Source of the DNA: Bdellovibrionales bacterium
GTDB lineage: Bacteria > Bdellovibrionota > Bdellovibrionia > Bdellovibrionales > JAUICD01
Direction of reading: 5' to 3'
Length of the DNA stretch: 64,000 bases
Assembly: GCA_965203275.1 (NCBI GenBank)
Contig: OZ241865.1
Span: 1,312,001 to 1,376,000, forward strand
Positions 1 to 9,933 of this stretch are shown one piece after another. Each line of letters opens with the position of its first letter. Within the stretch, counting starts at the first letter, position 1. Made by a program: the position numbers and the translations under genes. The notes below the pieces were generated by a model that was not told the origin of the DNA, made no database searches, and saw only the letters and a list, made by a program, of their open reading frames with translations.

Positions 1-388
1 TAGCTCGATTAGCAATCACCTCATTGGCATTCATGTTTGTTTGAGTGCCACTACCTGTTTGCCAAACCACTAAAGGAAAGTGGGCATCTAATTGGCCTGA
101 GATCACTTCATCTGCTGCTTGACAGATGGCTTGAGATTTTTTTAAGTCCATAAGTTTTAGTTTTTGATGGGCTAATGCTGTTGCTTTTTTAAGAAGACCC
201 AATGCCCGAATAAATTCTCTTGGAAAATGATCTTGACCAATCTTAAAATTTTCTAAGGACCTTTGTGTTTGAGGACCCCAATACTTATCTTGAGGGACAG
301 AAACCTCACCTAAAGTGTCTTTTTCTACACGATATGCTATTTGCTGATCAGCCTTAAGTTTATTATTTGTTGTAATATCTTTATGCAT
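1..388 (-). CDS. fumC: Class II fumarate hydratase, N-terminal part (runs off window)
   Basis: Manual translation from ATG at 388: ...[30 protein letters not shown]...[33 protein letters not shown] upstream. Confidence 0.95.
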   Translation of the reverse strand, partial: MHKDITTNNKLKADQQIAYRVEKDTLGEVSVPQDKYWGPQTQRSLENFKIGQDHFPREFIRALGLLKKATALAHQKLKLMDLKKSQAICQAADEVISGQLDAHFPLVVWQTGSGTQTNMNANEVIANRA

Positions 389-426
389 ATTGTTTTACTC
401 CTGCAACTATCAAAATCATACAAAGT

Positions 427-2244
427 CTACTTACCATCAACAAAACAATAAAGACGATCACCAGGTGTTGGCTTTAAAGGCTTCTCTGCCATTTCAAAGA
501 TTAACTTCCCTGTTTTAGAAATTATAAAAAGAGGATATGCTTTGTCTTTATAAATTTTTAAAAAGTTACTGAATTTAAATTTTTCATCCACAAGGGTCTC
601 TTGAAAATGCCATCCTTTAAAGTATTTTTCTATAATTTGTTCATATTTAAGATGTTTTCCAAACAATATTTGACCACAGCTTGTACTTTTAATGATATCT
701 GATTCTGTTTGTTCATCTTCATCCAATGTTAATTTCATAGAATGCATGGGTAACTGGAAAACATGATCAGGACCAAAGTCTCTTTTGAAAGCATTGCAAA
801 CCAGTGCATTATAAGCATCATTATCTGTGGTAGCTAGGATGTCATTTATTTCTGCAAGATTAAGTGATTGTTCAGTTGCATCTGATAAAATTTCTCCTTC
901 AAATACAGGTATATCTTTTGCTTTGGCTTCTTGCAGTTTGTGCCAAGCATGATCAACTAATAAAACAGGAAATTTATGCTTTTTTAAGAGAGCTGCCATT
1001 TCTATTGTCCAAGGAGAAACCCCTATAATTAAAACTCCTTTTGGCCTTTGAGCTATTAAGCCAAGTCTTTTAGCAATTGTACTTAAAGATAATCCATGAA
1101 TGACCACTGTTAAAAAAACAACAGCAAAAATCAATGGAGTGAGCATTTCTGCCCCTTCATACCCTCTGTCTATAAGAGTTGGAGCAAAAAGCCCTGCAAC
1201 TGAAACAGCCACAACACCCCTCGGTGCAATCCAACCTAAAAGCAGTCGTTCTTTCCAAGTGAGATCTCCTCCAATGGTGGCAAGCCATACAGCAAGAGGT
1301 CTGACAACAAACAAAATCGAACCTAAAAATGCCAAACTTCGCCAATCAAGAGCATGAATATGTTCCATCTTCAAACTAGCTGTTAAAACAATAAAAACTG
1401 TAGAAATAAGAAAGATGGAAATATATTCTTTGAATCGTCTTAATTCATGGATGATACCTAAGCCCACATTACAGAGGGTAAAACCAAAAGCTGTAACAGC
1501 TAAGAGACCTGCTTCTTCTTGAATTAAATTAGCAGCTCCATAAATAAGCATAATAAAACAAAGGATCACAGGTACTTTTAAAAACTCAGGACACATTCTC
1601 CATCGGAATGTATATTTAATGAAAAAGCCACTACCGACACCAATAAGCATAGAGATCAAAATAGGGCTACCAATATTCAGAACAATATCTAATGGTGGTG
1701 TGGATTTTGTGGTTGTGATATAATATTCAAAAATAAACACCGCAAGTAAAACACCTAGAGGATCATTGACAACACCTTCCCACTTCATTAAAGAAGCTAC
1801 TCTAGGTGTCAACCTATTTTGACGTAAAAGAGGTATGATCACAGTAGGACCTGTCACCACTAAAATAGCTCCAATAATAGAAGAAACAGGCATAGACAAA
1901 CCTGCCACAAAATAAGCAAAAGCTGTGGCTATCATCCAAGAAATAGGCAAACCCAATAAGACCAACCGCCTTACTCCAGGGCCTGCTTGTTTGAGTTCAG
2001 AAACTTTAAGATTTAACCCCCCTTCAAACAAAATAATGGCCACAGCTAATTTGATCATGACTTCCATGACCTGACCAAAATCCTTATCCGGCTCTAGCCA
2101 TCCAAAAATAGGACCCGCCAAAAGACCAATGATAGAAAGTAAAACAATAGCAGGCATACGTATTCGCCATGCAATCCATTGGGCTGCAATTCCTAGAACA
2201 ATTAAAAGAATAGCTTTTTGAAGCAACACAGATAAAGTAATCAA
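427..2244 (-). CDS. Cation:proton antiporter (CPA1/NhaP family) with C-terminal Rossmann-like domain
   Basis: Many TM segments; motifs ILFEGGL, VTGPTV, EGVVND, IAPRGVVA. Confidence 0.9.
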   Translation of the reverse strand: MITLSVLLQKAILLIVLGIAAQWIAWRIRMPAIVLLSIIGLLAGPIFGWLEPDKDFGQVMEVMIKLAVAIILFEGGLNLKVSELKQAGPGVRRLVLLGLPISWMIATAFAYFVAGLSMPVSSIIGAILVVTGPTVIIPLLRQNRLTPRVASLMKWEGVVNDPLGVLLAVFIFEYYITTTKSTPPLDIVLNIGSPILISMLIGVGSGFFIKYTFRWRMCPEFLKVPVILCFIMLIYGAANLIQEEAGLLAVTAFGFTLCNVGLGIIHELRRFKEYISIFLISTVFIVLTASLKMEHIHALDWRSLAFLGSILFVVRPLAVWLATIGGDLTWKERLLLGWIAPRGVVAVSVAGLFAPTLIDRGYEGAEMLTPLIFAVVFLTVVIHGLSLSTIAKRLGLIAQRPKGVLIIGVSPWTIEMAALLKKHKFPVLLVDHAWHKLQEAKAKDIPVFEGEILSDATEQSLNLAEINDILATTDNDAYNALVCNAFKRDFGPDHVFQLPMHSMKLTLDEDEQTESDIIKSTSCGQILFGKHLKYEQIIEKYFKGWHFQETLVDEKFKFSNFLKIYKDKAYPLFIISKTGKLIFEMAEKPLKPTPGDRLYCFVDGK

Positions 2245-2843
2245 GATGTACGCTCTTGGGGTTGTTTAGACTTTTGCACCCATCCCGTTAGGGTTTGTGA
2301 TAAAGCCTTATCTACAGGAATATTTATTTCTTCTACCTGGTTTTTAGACATAAAAATTGTAAAACCACCTAACTGATAACTCATAGGCATATAAACAGAT
2401 ACAAGATTTTTCTTATCAAGCTCTTTTTCATCCTGAAAATTCTCACGGGTCACAAGTCCTAAGATTTTCCTACCTCCTCCTATATCAACTAAAACAACGG
2501 AATTCATTCCATTTGTGTTTTTAGCAGAAAAGAAACCAACAAGATCTTTCATAGAGGCATAAACAGTTTTAATAAAAGGAATTTTATTTAAAATATCTTC
2601 GCCAAACTTAAGTAATCTTCGGGTAATCCATGCATTTAAAGCCAATCCAATAACAAATATAAGTAGAAAGGCAAAGAGTACCCCCATACCAGGTAAGTAA
2701 GAAACATCTGGAAGTAAATACTTGAGGATTTGACCAGCTAGTTTTTCTGTAAAAGTTACAAACCAAACAAAAAGACCAATAGTAGCAGCAATAGGAATCA
2801 CTGTGATCAGTCCCTTTAAAAAAGTGCTTTTAATGTGTTTCAT
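2241..2843 (-). CDS. DUF502 family membrane protein
   Basis: FLKGL..VIP N-terminus, two TM segments, KIPFIKTVY and VYMPMS..GGF motifs. Confidence 0.85.
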   Translation of the reverse strand: MKHIKSTFLKGLITVIPIAATIGLFVWFVTFTEKLAGQILKYLLPDVSYLPGMGVLFAFLLIFVIGLALNAWITRRLLKFGEDILNKIPFIKTVYASMKDLVGFFSAKNTNGMNSVVLVDIGGGRKILGLVTRENFQDEKELDKKNLVSVYMPMSYQLGGFTIFMSKNQVEEINIPVDKALSQTLTGWVQKSKQPQERTS

Positions 2844-3246
2844 ATATTGAGTCCCCTTTTGATTAAGTTGTAATAAATTCTATTTATTATTTTAGATTTT
2901 TTACATTTTATCAAGTCTTTATATTTGAGCCTGTTATGATATATGCCATTTTTGTTGATTTTTTCAGAAGTATACACCTACAACTGACCTGAAAAATCAT
3001 AATGCACGGCGTCAATTTGTAAGTTATTGAAATTATTTTTATTTATGATGTTTTTTAAAGTACTTAAGAGATTTGCTTTGAAAATAACATTTTTTATTGT
3101 ATTTAATTAAGGTTAAGATTGCTAATAGAGTAAAGAGACAGAACTTATTATTGATTAAAGGGGAATTGATTAAAGGGGATAGTAGAAGTGGTTTTATTTT
3201 AAAATTTTATTTAAATAAACATAATTTAACCAAAGAGGTGATTATT

Positions 3247-4419
3247 ATGAAACAAAATCAAGTAAAAAAATTAATAAAATTAAAATTAATTAATTTAGTG
3301 AGCTTTCTTTTAACTTTAATATTGAGTATGACACTCAATGCACAATATGCACAATCACAAGGCTTTTCTCATCTAGATCAAGCTATCGCTGAACAAGAAC
3401 TACTTGAACGTTTAATGAACATAGATCAAATGAGTTTAGAAAACTTAAGAGCTAAATTACTAGCAGCAGAAGAAGATAATGAAGGAGCTATGGCAGAAGA
3501 TGGAACTTACATCACAGAAAATGGAACATACTTCATAGAGCTATCAGAGGAAGAAGCCAATATAATAACTTTATTTCAAGATGTAGCTGATGTTTTTCAA
3601 TATGAAAATGCTGTTTCCACATTACCTTTATCCATTAGTCATTTAAGTAGTGTAAACGACCCTGATTCTACTACGAATGCTGATGTTGCAATATCACAAC
3701 AACCACAACAAGCTAACGTGCAACAAGCACCTCCACCTGTAGCCCCTCCCCCTGTAGCGGTCAAAAAAAATGGGGTGCTTAAACGTACTTTTAGTGGGCT
3801 TGGATATACATTTAAGATACTAACACCAAAACCAGTAAGAACAGCCTTTATGATAACGGCATCGGTTATTATGGGAGTATCTACCTATAAATACTTAGAA
3901 GAAAATCCTGATATAGATGGAGCTATACCTGCAAGAATTGCAATCAATGTTTCAAAAGAAGTTATAGTATTTGTATTGAAAATGACTAATGCTGCTATAG
4001 AGTTTCTTGCGAGCTTTGCCCCTGACCTCGGTGAAAATCAATCTTATCAAACCCCAACAGAGGTACCAGCACCAGCACCAGGAGGAGATACAACGCTTCA
4101 GCAAAGTCATGATGGGACTACTGCTGCCACTAGAAGCGAAATGATACTCACCGGCGGAGAAACAACACCTCCAGATCATGATGAAACTGTTGCTACTTTT
4201 GACCGCAACACACAACAAGGTGTAGAACATGTAGAACAACAACCTCCTCTGCCATCAGTTACTGAAACAGAAGTTCAAGTCCATGAACCGCATTGGATCT
4301 TGACAGTGCCGGGGCATTTGAAAGCTGTTAGAAAAGAAGTTGATGTTACTACCAATGACAGTGAACCTGCTGATTCTCTACTTACACGTATTCCTCCTAC
4401 ACGTCCTCCTTCTCAATAA
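3247..4419 (+). CDS. Hypothetical secreted protein with Pro/Gln/Thr-rich low-complexity regions
   Basis: Long ORF (track start 3097); likely start ATG 3247 after GAGGTG; signal-peptide-like N-terminus; no recognised domain. Confidence 0.6.
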   Translation: MKQNQVKKLIKLKLINLVSFLLTLILSMTLNAQYAQSQGFSHLDQAIAEQELLERLMNIDQMSLENLRAKLLAAEEDNEGAMAEDGTYITENGTYFIELSEEEANIITLFQDVADVFQYENAVSTLPLSISHLSSVNDPDSTTNADVAISQQPQQANVQQAPPPVAPPPVAVKKNGVLKRTFSGLGYTFKILTPKPVRTAFMITASVIMGVSTYKYLEENPDIDGAIPARIAINVSKEVIVFVLKMTNAAIEFLASFAPDLGENQSYQTPTEVPAPAPGGDTTLQQSHDGTTAATRSEMILTGGETTPPDHDETVATFDRNTQQGVEHVEQQPPLPSVTETEVQVHEPHWILTVPGHLKAVRKEVDVTTNDSEPADSLLTRIPPTRPPSQ

Positions 4420-4501
4420 AAATGGTCAGGCTTTCTAGGCGATGACCATTTTATCGATGGCGAAAGCCCATCGTGGTCATCTAGACCACTTTTAGTGAGA
4501 C
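4417..4501 (+). repeat. Internally deleted copy of structured repeat module A
   Basis: TAAAAATGGTC...GATGACC..CGATGGC-GAAA-GCCCATCG..GGTCAT..GACCACTTTTAGTGAGAC matches the family at 22-33 kb. Confidence 0.85.
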
Positions 4502-4572
4502 AAAAGAAGTGAAACTTTATCTTTCCGCTCTTGTATATCTTTCTTATTCTGCTATTTTTTTTAAGCAAAAAA

Positions 4573-6885
4573 TCATACAGTTAAAAGTTTTTCTATAATA
4601 ATATTAAAAGTTGCGCTTGGTCTCATAGCTTTTGTGACAGCCTTTTCATCAGGATGGTAATAGCCTTTCAGATCCACAGGTTGTCCTTGAACATTGTTTA
4701 TTTCTTCTAATATTTGTTTTTGTTTCGCCTTTAACTGACAAGCTACTTGATGATATTGTGATTTTATTTCCTCAAGCTTTTGTTTTTCTTCTGCTGTTTC
4801 ATCCCTTATCTCCTTGTTTAATTCCTCCACAAGGGCTTCTGTCAAATACAATGTCCAATAAAAATGACTACCTCTTGTATCTAATTGATACACTTTTCTT
4901 TTTGGTGATTTTTCTTCTTTTAAAAACCTCTCATTGGCTTTGTTTAAAGCATTAGCTAAAATGGAAGCCCCTTTATGAAGGTTTTTTTCAGATAAGTCTT
5001 CTAAGGCTACGGCAAAGGCTAAAAACTCACCTAAAGAATCCCACCTGAGATGGTTTTCTTTTAAAAACTGATCGACATGTCGGGGAGCTGTACCACCAGC
5101 CCCTGTTTCATAAAGCCCTCCCCCTTTTAACAAAGGCACAATAGATAACATTTTAGAACTTGTACCTACTTCTAAAATCGGGAAAAGATCTGTCAAATAA
5201 TCTCTTAAAACATTACCTGTGACAGAAATAACATTATCCCCTCTAGTAGTGGTTTCAAGAGTTAGCTTCATCGCCTCTCTAGGTGATAAAATATGAATAT
5301 CTAAATTTTTTGCATCTTGTTGCTCTGCATCTTGTTGCTCTGCATCTTGTTGCTTTAAATATTGTTCTACCCTTTCAATCAAGCATCTATCATGGCTCCG
5401 ATGACGATCCAACCAAAAGATAGTCTTCTGCTTTGTAACCCTAGCTCTTTTCACAGCTAATTGGATCCAATCCCTTATAGCTTTGTCTTTTGTTTGACAC
5501 ATTCTCCAGATATCCCCTTGTTTGACCTGATGTTTTAAAAGAATTTTTTGTGAAGATTTGTCTACGACTTGAATGATTCCATCATAAGGAGCTTGAAAAG
5601 TTTTATCATGGGAGCCATATTCTTCAGCCTTTTGAGCCATTAACCCTATATTAGACACACTGCCCATTGTTTGAGGGTTGATAGCTCCATGCTCCTTACA
5701 AAAAGCTATAACTTCTGTGTAAATACCAGCATAACTTCTATCAGGAATAAGAGCTTTTGTAGGGTAAAGTTTGCCATCAGGTCCCCACAATTTTCCTGCT
5801 GAACGAATTAAAAAAGGTATGGATGAATCAATGATCACATTGTGAGGGCTATGTAGATGTGTAATACCTTTATGTGAATCCACCATTGCCAAAGCAGGTC
5901 GATTTGCATAGCACTGATCAAAGGCTTTGATGATCTCTTTTTGTAGAGGAGAAGACTTTATCTTGGCAAATAAGTCATTAAGACCACTGCGAAAATTAAC
6001 AGATAGCCTTTGGATGTCACTTTCATACTGCTCAATAGCTTTTTTAAAATATACTTCGATAGCTTTGGCAAAAATAATAGGATCAGAGATTTTCATCATA
6101 GTAGATTTAAGATGTAAAGAAAGTAAAAGCTTTTGATGATAGCTTTGTGTTATTTCTTTCTCAAAAAACTGCTGTAAAGCCTCTATACTCATCATTGATG
6201 TATCTATAATCTCGTCTTTTAAAATAGACAAATGTGGTTTCAAAATATGCTCATGGCCTTGTTGATCGACAAATTTCACAGCCACATCCACAGCTTGAGA
6301 TATAGTTAAAGATTGTTCATTGCTATAAAAGTCACCTTTTGTCATAGAGGCTATGTGAGACAGGCTATCTTTGTCCCATTTTTCCATAAAGGAAGGATTT
6401 TTTTGAGCGTACTGTTTGACAGGTTGAGGCACACGACGATCTGAATTGCCTTCACGCAAAACAGGATTGACAGCACTGCCTAAGATTTTTTTGTATTTTT
6501 TTAAAATCTCTTGTTGTTCACCTAATAAGTTAGAGCCTTCTGGATAAGAGGGAAGATCAAAGCCTTGTTTTTGAAGTTCGCTAATGGTAGCTTTCAGTTG
6601 AGGTATAGAAGCACTGATATTTGGTAACTTGATAATATAAGCTGTAGGCATTTGAACAAGCTTTGATAATGCTAAGAGGTCATCCGGCACTTTTGACTTG
6701 AGGGAGGGTTGATGAGGGAAAGTAGCTAAGATACGTCCTGCTAAAGAAATATCTTTCATCTCAATAGAAATTTTCATCACGGATAAAATGGCTTGAATGA
6801 TAGGGAATAAAGAATAAGTCGCCAGAGCAGGTGCTTCATCTGTTTTTGTATAGATCATCTTAAGAGAAGAAATTTGATCAGCCAT
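4573..6885 (-). CDS. icd: Monomeric NADP-dependent isocitrate dehydrogenase
   Basis: YTKTDEAPALAT, GSAVNPVLREGNSDRR, AEEYGSHDKTF, TGNVLRDYLTDLFP, NHLRWDSLGEF. Confidence 0.95.
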   Translation of the reverse strand: MADQISSLKMIYTKTDEAPALATYSLFPIIQAILSVMKISIEMKDISLAGRILATFPHQPSLKSKVPDDLLALSKLVQMPTAYIIKLPNISASIPQLKATISELQKQGFDLPSYPEGSNLLGEQQEILKKYKKILGSAVNPVLREGNSDRRVPQPVKQYAQKNPSFMEKWDKDSLSHIASMTKGDFYSNEQSLTISQAVDVAVKFVDQQGHEHILKPHLSILKDEIIDTSMMSIEALQQFFEKEITQSYHQKLLLSLHLKSTMMKISDPIIFAKAIEVYFKKAIEQYESDIQRLSVNFRSGLNDLFAKIKSSPLQKEIIKAFDQCYANRPALAMVDSHKGITHLHSPHNVIIDSSIPFLIRSAGKLWGPDGKLYPTKALIPDRSYAGIYTEVIAFCKEHGAINPQTMGSVSNIGLMAQKAEEYGSHDKTFQAPYDGIIQVVDKSSQKILLKHQVKQGDIWRMCQTKDKAIRDWIQLAVKRARVTKQKTIFWLDRHRSHDRCLIERVEQYLKQQDAEQQDAEQQDAKNLDIHILSPREAMKLTLETTTRGDNVISVTGNVLRDYLTDLFPILEVGTSSKMLSIVPLLKGGGLYETGAGGTAPRHVDQFLKENHLRWDSLGEFLAFAVALEDLSEKNLHKGASILANALNKANERFLKEEKSPKRKVYQLDTRGSHFYWTLYLTEALVEELNKEIRDETAEEKQKLEEIKSQYHQVACQLKAKQKQILEEINNVQGQPVDLKGYYHPDEKAVTKAMRPSATFNIIIEKLLTV
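5311..5354. repeat. 15-bp tandem repeat x3 inside icd (QQDAE)
   Basis: TGCATCTTGTTGCTC at 5311, 5326 and 5341. Confidence 0.9.
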
Positions 6886-6903
6886 ATTTCATTTCACAAT
6901 GTA

Positions 6904-7380
6904 TTATCCCAGTGAGCTTTTAAGCATCCATGCCGTTTTTTCATGGTACTCGATCCTTTCGCCCAGCAAACTCACTGTACCTTCATCGTTAGCATGATCT
7001 AATACAGTGAGGATATGCTTTGCTGTCTTGACAACTTGTTCATGGTCTTTGAGGAGATGAGCCAACATGGCTTGGCTGTCAGTTTCTAATTGAGGGTCTT
7101 CCTTAACTGCACTTAATTTAGCAAACTCTGTGTAGGAACCTGGCGATTTGACACCCATCACTCGAATACGTTCTGCAATTTCATCCACAGCTAAAGCCAA
7201 AGCCGTGTATTGTGTTTCAAAAAGTGTGTGCAGAGGTTGAAACATTGGCCCTGTGACATTCCAGTGGTATTTGTGTGTTTTCAAATAAAGTGTATACGTT
7301 TCGGCTAGTAGTTTTGATAAACCTTGAGCGATTTCAATACACTTATCACTTGCAATCCCAATATCTAAGTTTTTTGTCAT
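6904..7380 (-). CDS. dps: DNA starvation/stationary-phase protection protein Dps
   Basis: KTHKYHWNVTGPMF.PLH.LFE.QY, DEIAERI and HEKTAWML. Confidence 0.95.
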   Translation of the reverse strand: MTKNLDIGIASDKCIEIAQGLSKLLAETYTLYLKTHKYHWNVTGPMFQPLHTLFETQYTALALAVDEIAERIRVMGVKSPGSYTEFAKLSAVKEDPQLETDSQAMLAHLLKDHEQVVKTAKHILTVLDHANDEGTVSLLGERIEYHEKTAWMLKSSLG

Positions 7381-7485
7381 TATATCTGTCCTCTTTGTAA
7401 AGTGGTGAATATTTTTATTTCTTTAAATAGCTTTAAGCCTCTATTATATAAGCTCTTTGGTATTAGCTCAACAGTATATTGTAAA

Positions 7486-8229
7486 CTAACCTCCAAAAGA
7501 AAAGCCAATGCCTGCAAGAATATAAAAGCTATTTAGCTTTATGTGTCCAGGCATATCTACTGTTACTGGCGAAATTTCTGTTTCTCCTTCCTCTGGAAGT
7601 TTAGCATTCTGCTTAAGATCATCAAAGGAAGACAAATCATAACCTCCTTCTACTTTAACAAGTAATTGAGGGGTAAAATGCAATCCTATTTCTAAACCTA
7701 ATTGGCCGGTGATCCGTTGCCATAAAAACTGATTACTTGATATAGATTCTAAAGCATTTGCATCAGTACCAGATGTACTTTCTTCTTGAGATGTAGGTGG
7801 TAGATCAAAAGAGATCTTTAAATTTTTCCAAATATCAATCCCTGCTACAACACCTACAAAAAATGAACTGACATGAAATCTATAATTAGCTGAAAGAGCT
7901 ACGCGGTGGGTTCTTATTTTGTGGTCAAATTGGAATATACTTTCAATAGTACCTTCAGAATCTTTTTTCTCTGGATACCAACCATAGCCATATCGCACTC
8001 CTAAAGCCATACTACCTTGATTGTTAATAAAATGCCTATAGAGAAACTCTGCTCCTAAACCATAGCCTCTTTTTGAATCTATGTCTTGTGGCTCTTGCTC
8101 TTGAAGTTGCATTTTGATTTTTTTATTAAGGTTCATCCTTCCATGAATAGAAAGCTCTGGACTAGCTTGTGTTTGAAAAAAGCTTAAAATACCTAAAGCG
8201 AAAATAGCTAAATGAATAAAACTTTTCAT
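7486..8229 (-). CDS. Putative outer-membrane beta-barrel protein
   Basis: Signal peptide; alternating amphipathic strands; C-terminal GIGFSF. Confidence 0.65.
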   Translation of the reverse strand: MKSFIHLAIFALGILSFFQTQASPELSIHGRMNLNKKIKMQLQEQEPQDIDSKRGYGLGAEFLYRHFINNQGSMALGVRYGYGWYPEKKDSEGTIESIFQFDHKIRTHRVALSANYRFHVSSFFVGVVAGIDIWKNLKISFDLPPTSQEESTSGTDANALESISSNQFLWQRITGQLGLEIGLHFTPQLLVKVEGGYDLSSFDDLKQNAKLPEEGETEISPVTVDMPGHIKLNSFYILAGIGFSFGG

Positions 8230-8497
8230 AATAAACCCCTCCTTTTTTGAGTGTTAAAATATGAAACAAATGAAACCTATTTTGAATATAGTCCAACAAA
8301 ATGAAAAAAACAACACTAACACACTTAAAAACTGTCAAAAAGTCATTCAAAAAAGAAGGAATTTAAAAAAATATACAAATAAATTATGATATTTAATAAA
8401 ATAGTGATATGATAAATATATGCATTTAAAAATAAATCAACAGGTAGTCTTAAATATATGATTTTATTAACTTAATTATTAAAAGTGAGGGGATATT

Positions 8498-9859
8498 ATG
8501 AATAAAGTATTATGGTCTTTTTGTTTGTTTGCTATGACTTTTTTATTAATGATAGGCTGTCAGACTGCACCGGATAAGAGAGTAGAAAATTTATTTCCAG
8601 AAGGTCCAGATGTTTCTGCTTTCAATGAAGAATCTTTTACTTCTCAGAATGCTCAAAATCAAGAAGACTTAAAGCTGACCCAGCCTGTCTTCAAGCCTAT
8701 ACCTGAAGTTATGAATACTTTTGTACAGAAATGGCTAGATTATTTCCAAGGACGTGGCCGTAAGTATATGGAGCTTTATTTAAGTCGATCGAGTAAATAT
8801 AAACCCTTAATGATGACCTTATTAAAAGAATCAGGGTTACCGGAGGATTTAATTTATGTGGTCTTTATTGAATCAGGCTTTAGTAGTACAGCAAGGAGCC
8901 ATGCTTCTGCTGTGGGATATTGGCAGTTTATCAAAGGGACTGGCCGTCACTACAATCTCAAAATTAATCATTTTGTAGATGAACGTAGGGATCCAGAGCT
9001 ATCAACCCTTGCTGCAATAGATTATTTTAAGAGCTTGTATAGTTTGTTTGGTTCCTGGTATTTAAGCCTTGCTGCTTACAATGCAGGGGAAAATCGAATT
9101 AAAAGTGCTGTTATGAGAAATCAAACAAGAGACTTTTGGCAATTAGCTTATCAAAGACAATTACCTGTTGAGACTATTAATTATATTCCTAAATTTTTAG
9201 CAGCTCGTTTAATTGCAAAAAATCCTCAAAAATATGGCTTTACTGAAGTGGCTTATGAGCCTGCATTAGAATATATCAAATGGCCTATAGAGCAACCCGT
9301 AGATCTCTCATTGATGGCAAAGCATAGTGATATTGCTTATACAGATATTAAAAGCCTTAATGCAAGTGCTTTGGATCGCTATCTCCCTGTTTTTTCAGAT
9401 AAACAACAATATATAAAATTACCTGTACAACAAGAAGATATATTGCAAGCAGCTCTGTCTAATAGTTATGTCAGTCATAAAAAATTGCGTATTAATTCTA
9501 TTCGATATCATCGGGTGAGAAGAGGAGAAACAGTCTCTCACATTGCTAGAAGATTCGGCACGACAGCATATAAAATTAAAAGTATCAATTCACTGGGAAG
9601 GAGGTATCATATCAGAGCAGGACAGGTGCTTAAAATTCCAACTCGTCACTATCAATCACCTCGCAGGCCAGCCAGTGGTACTTTAAAAAAATCTAAAAAA
9701 AAAAATAATCGAAAAAATATACATATTGTAAAGAGAGGGGAAACTCTGTTTGGTATTTCTAGAAAATATCGAGTTTCTGTAGCTCAGATAGCTAATGTGA
9801 ATGCTTTAAAAAATAGGTCTTTAATTCATGTTGGTAAACGGCTTGTCATCCCTGATTGA
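8498..9859 (+). CDS. mltD: MltD-like lytic murein transglycosylase lipoprotein with two LysM domains
   Basis: Lipobox IGC; IESGF, AVGYWQF, DERRDP, LAAYNAGE; two H.V.RGET LysM repeats. Confidence 0.88.
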   Translation: MNKVLWSFCLFAMTFLLMIGCQTAPDKRVENLFPEGPDVSAFNEESFTSQNAQNQEDLKLTQPVFKPIPEVMNTFVQKWLDYFQGRGRKYMELYLSRSSKYKPLMMTLLKESGLPEDLIYVVFIESGFSSTARSHASAVGYWQFIKGTGRHYNLKINHFVDERRDPELSTLAAIDYFKSLYSLFGSWYLSLAAYNAGENRIKSAVMRNQTRDFWQLAYQRQLPVETINYIPKFLAARLIAKNPQKYGFTEVAYEPALEYIKWPIEQPVDLSLMAKHSDIAYTDIKSLNASALDRYLPVFSDKQQYIKLPVQQEDILQAALSNSYVSHKKLRINSIRYHRVRRGETVSHIARRFGTTAYKIKSINSLGRRYHIRAGQVLKIPTRHYQSPRRPASGTLKKSKKKNNRKNIHIVKRGETLFGISRKYRVSVAQIANVNALKNRSLIHVGKRLVIPD

Positions 9860-9933
9860 TTTTCATTGATTGATTTTCATTCAACATTCAAAGTGAGTAG
9901 AATTTCAGAAACAATATACTTTCAAAAAGATTT

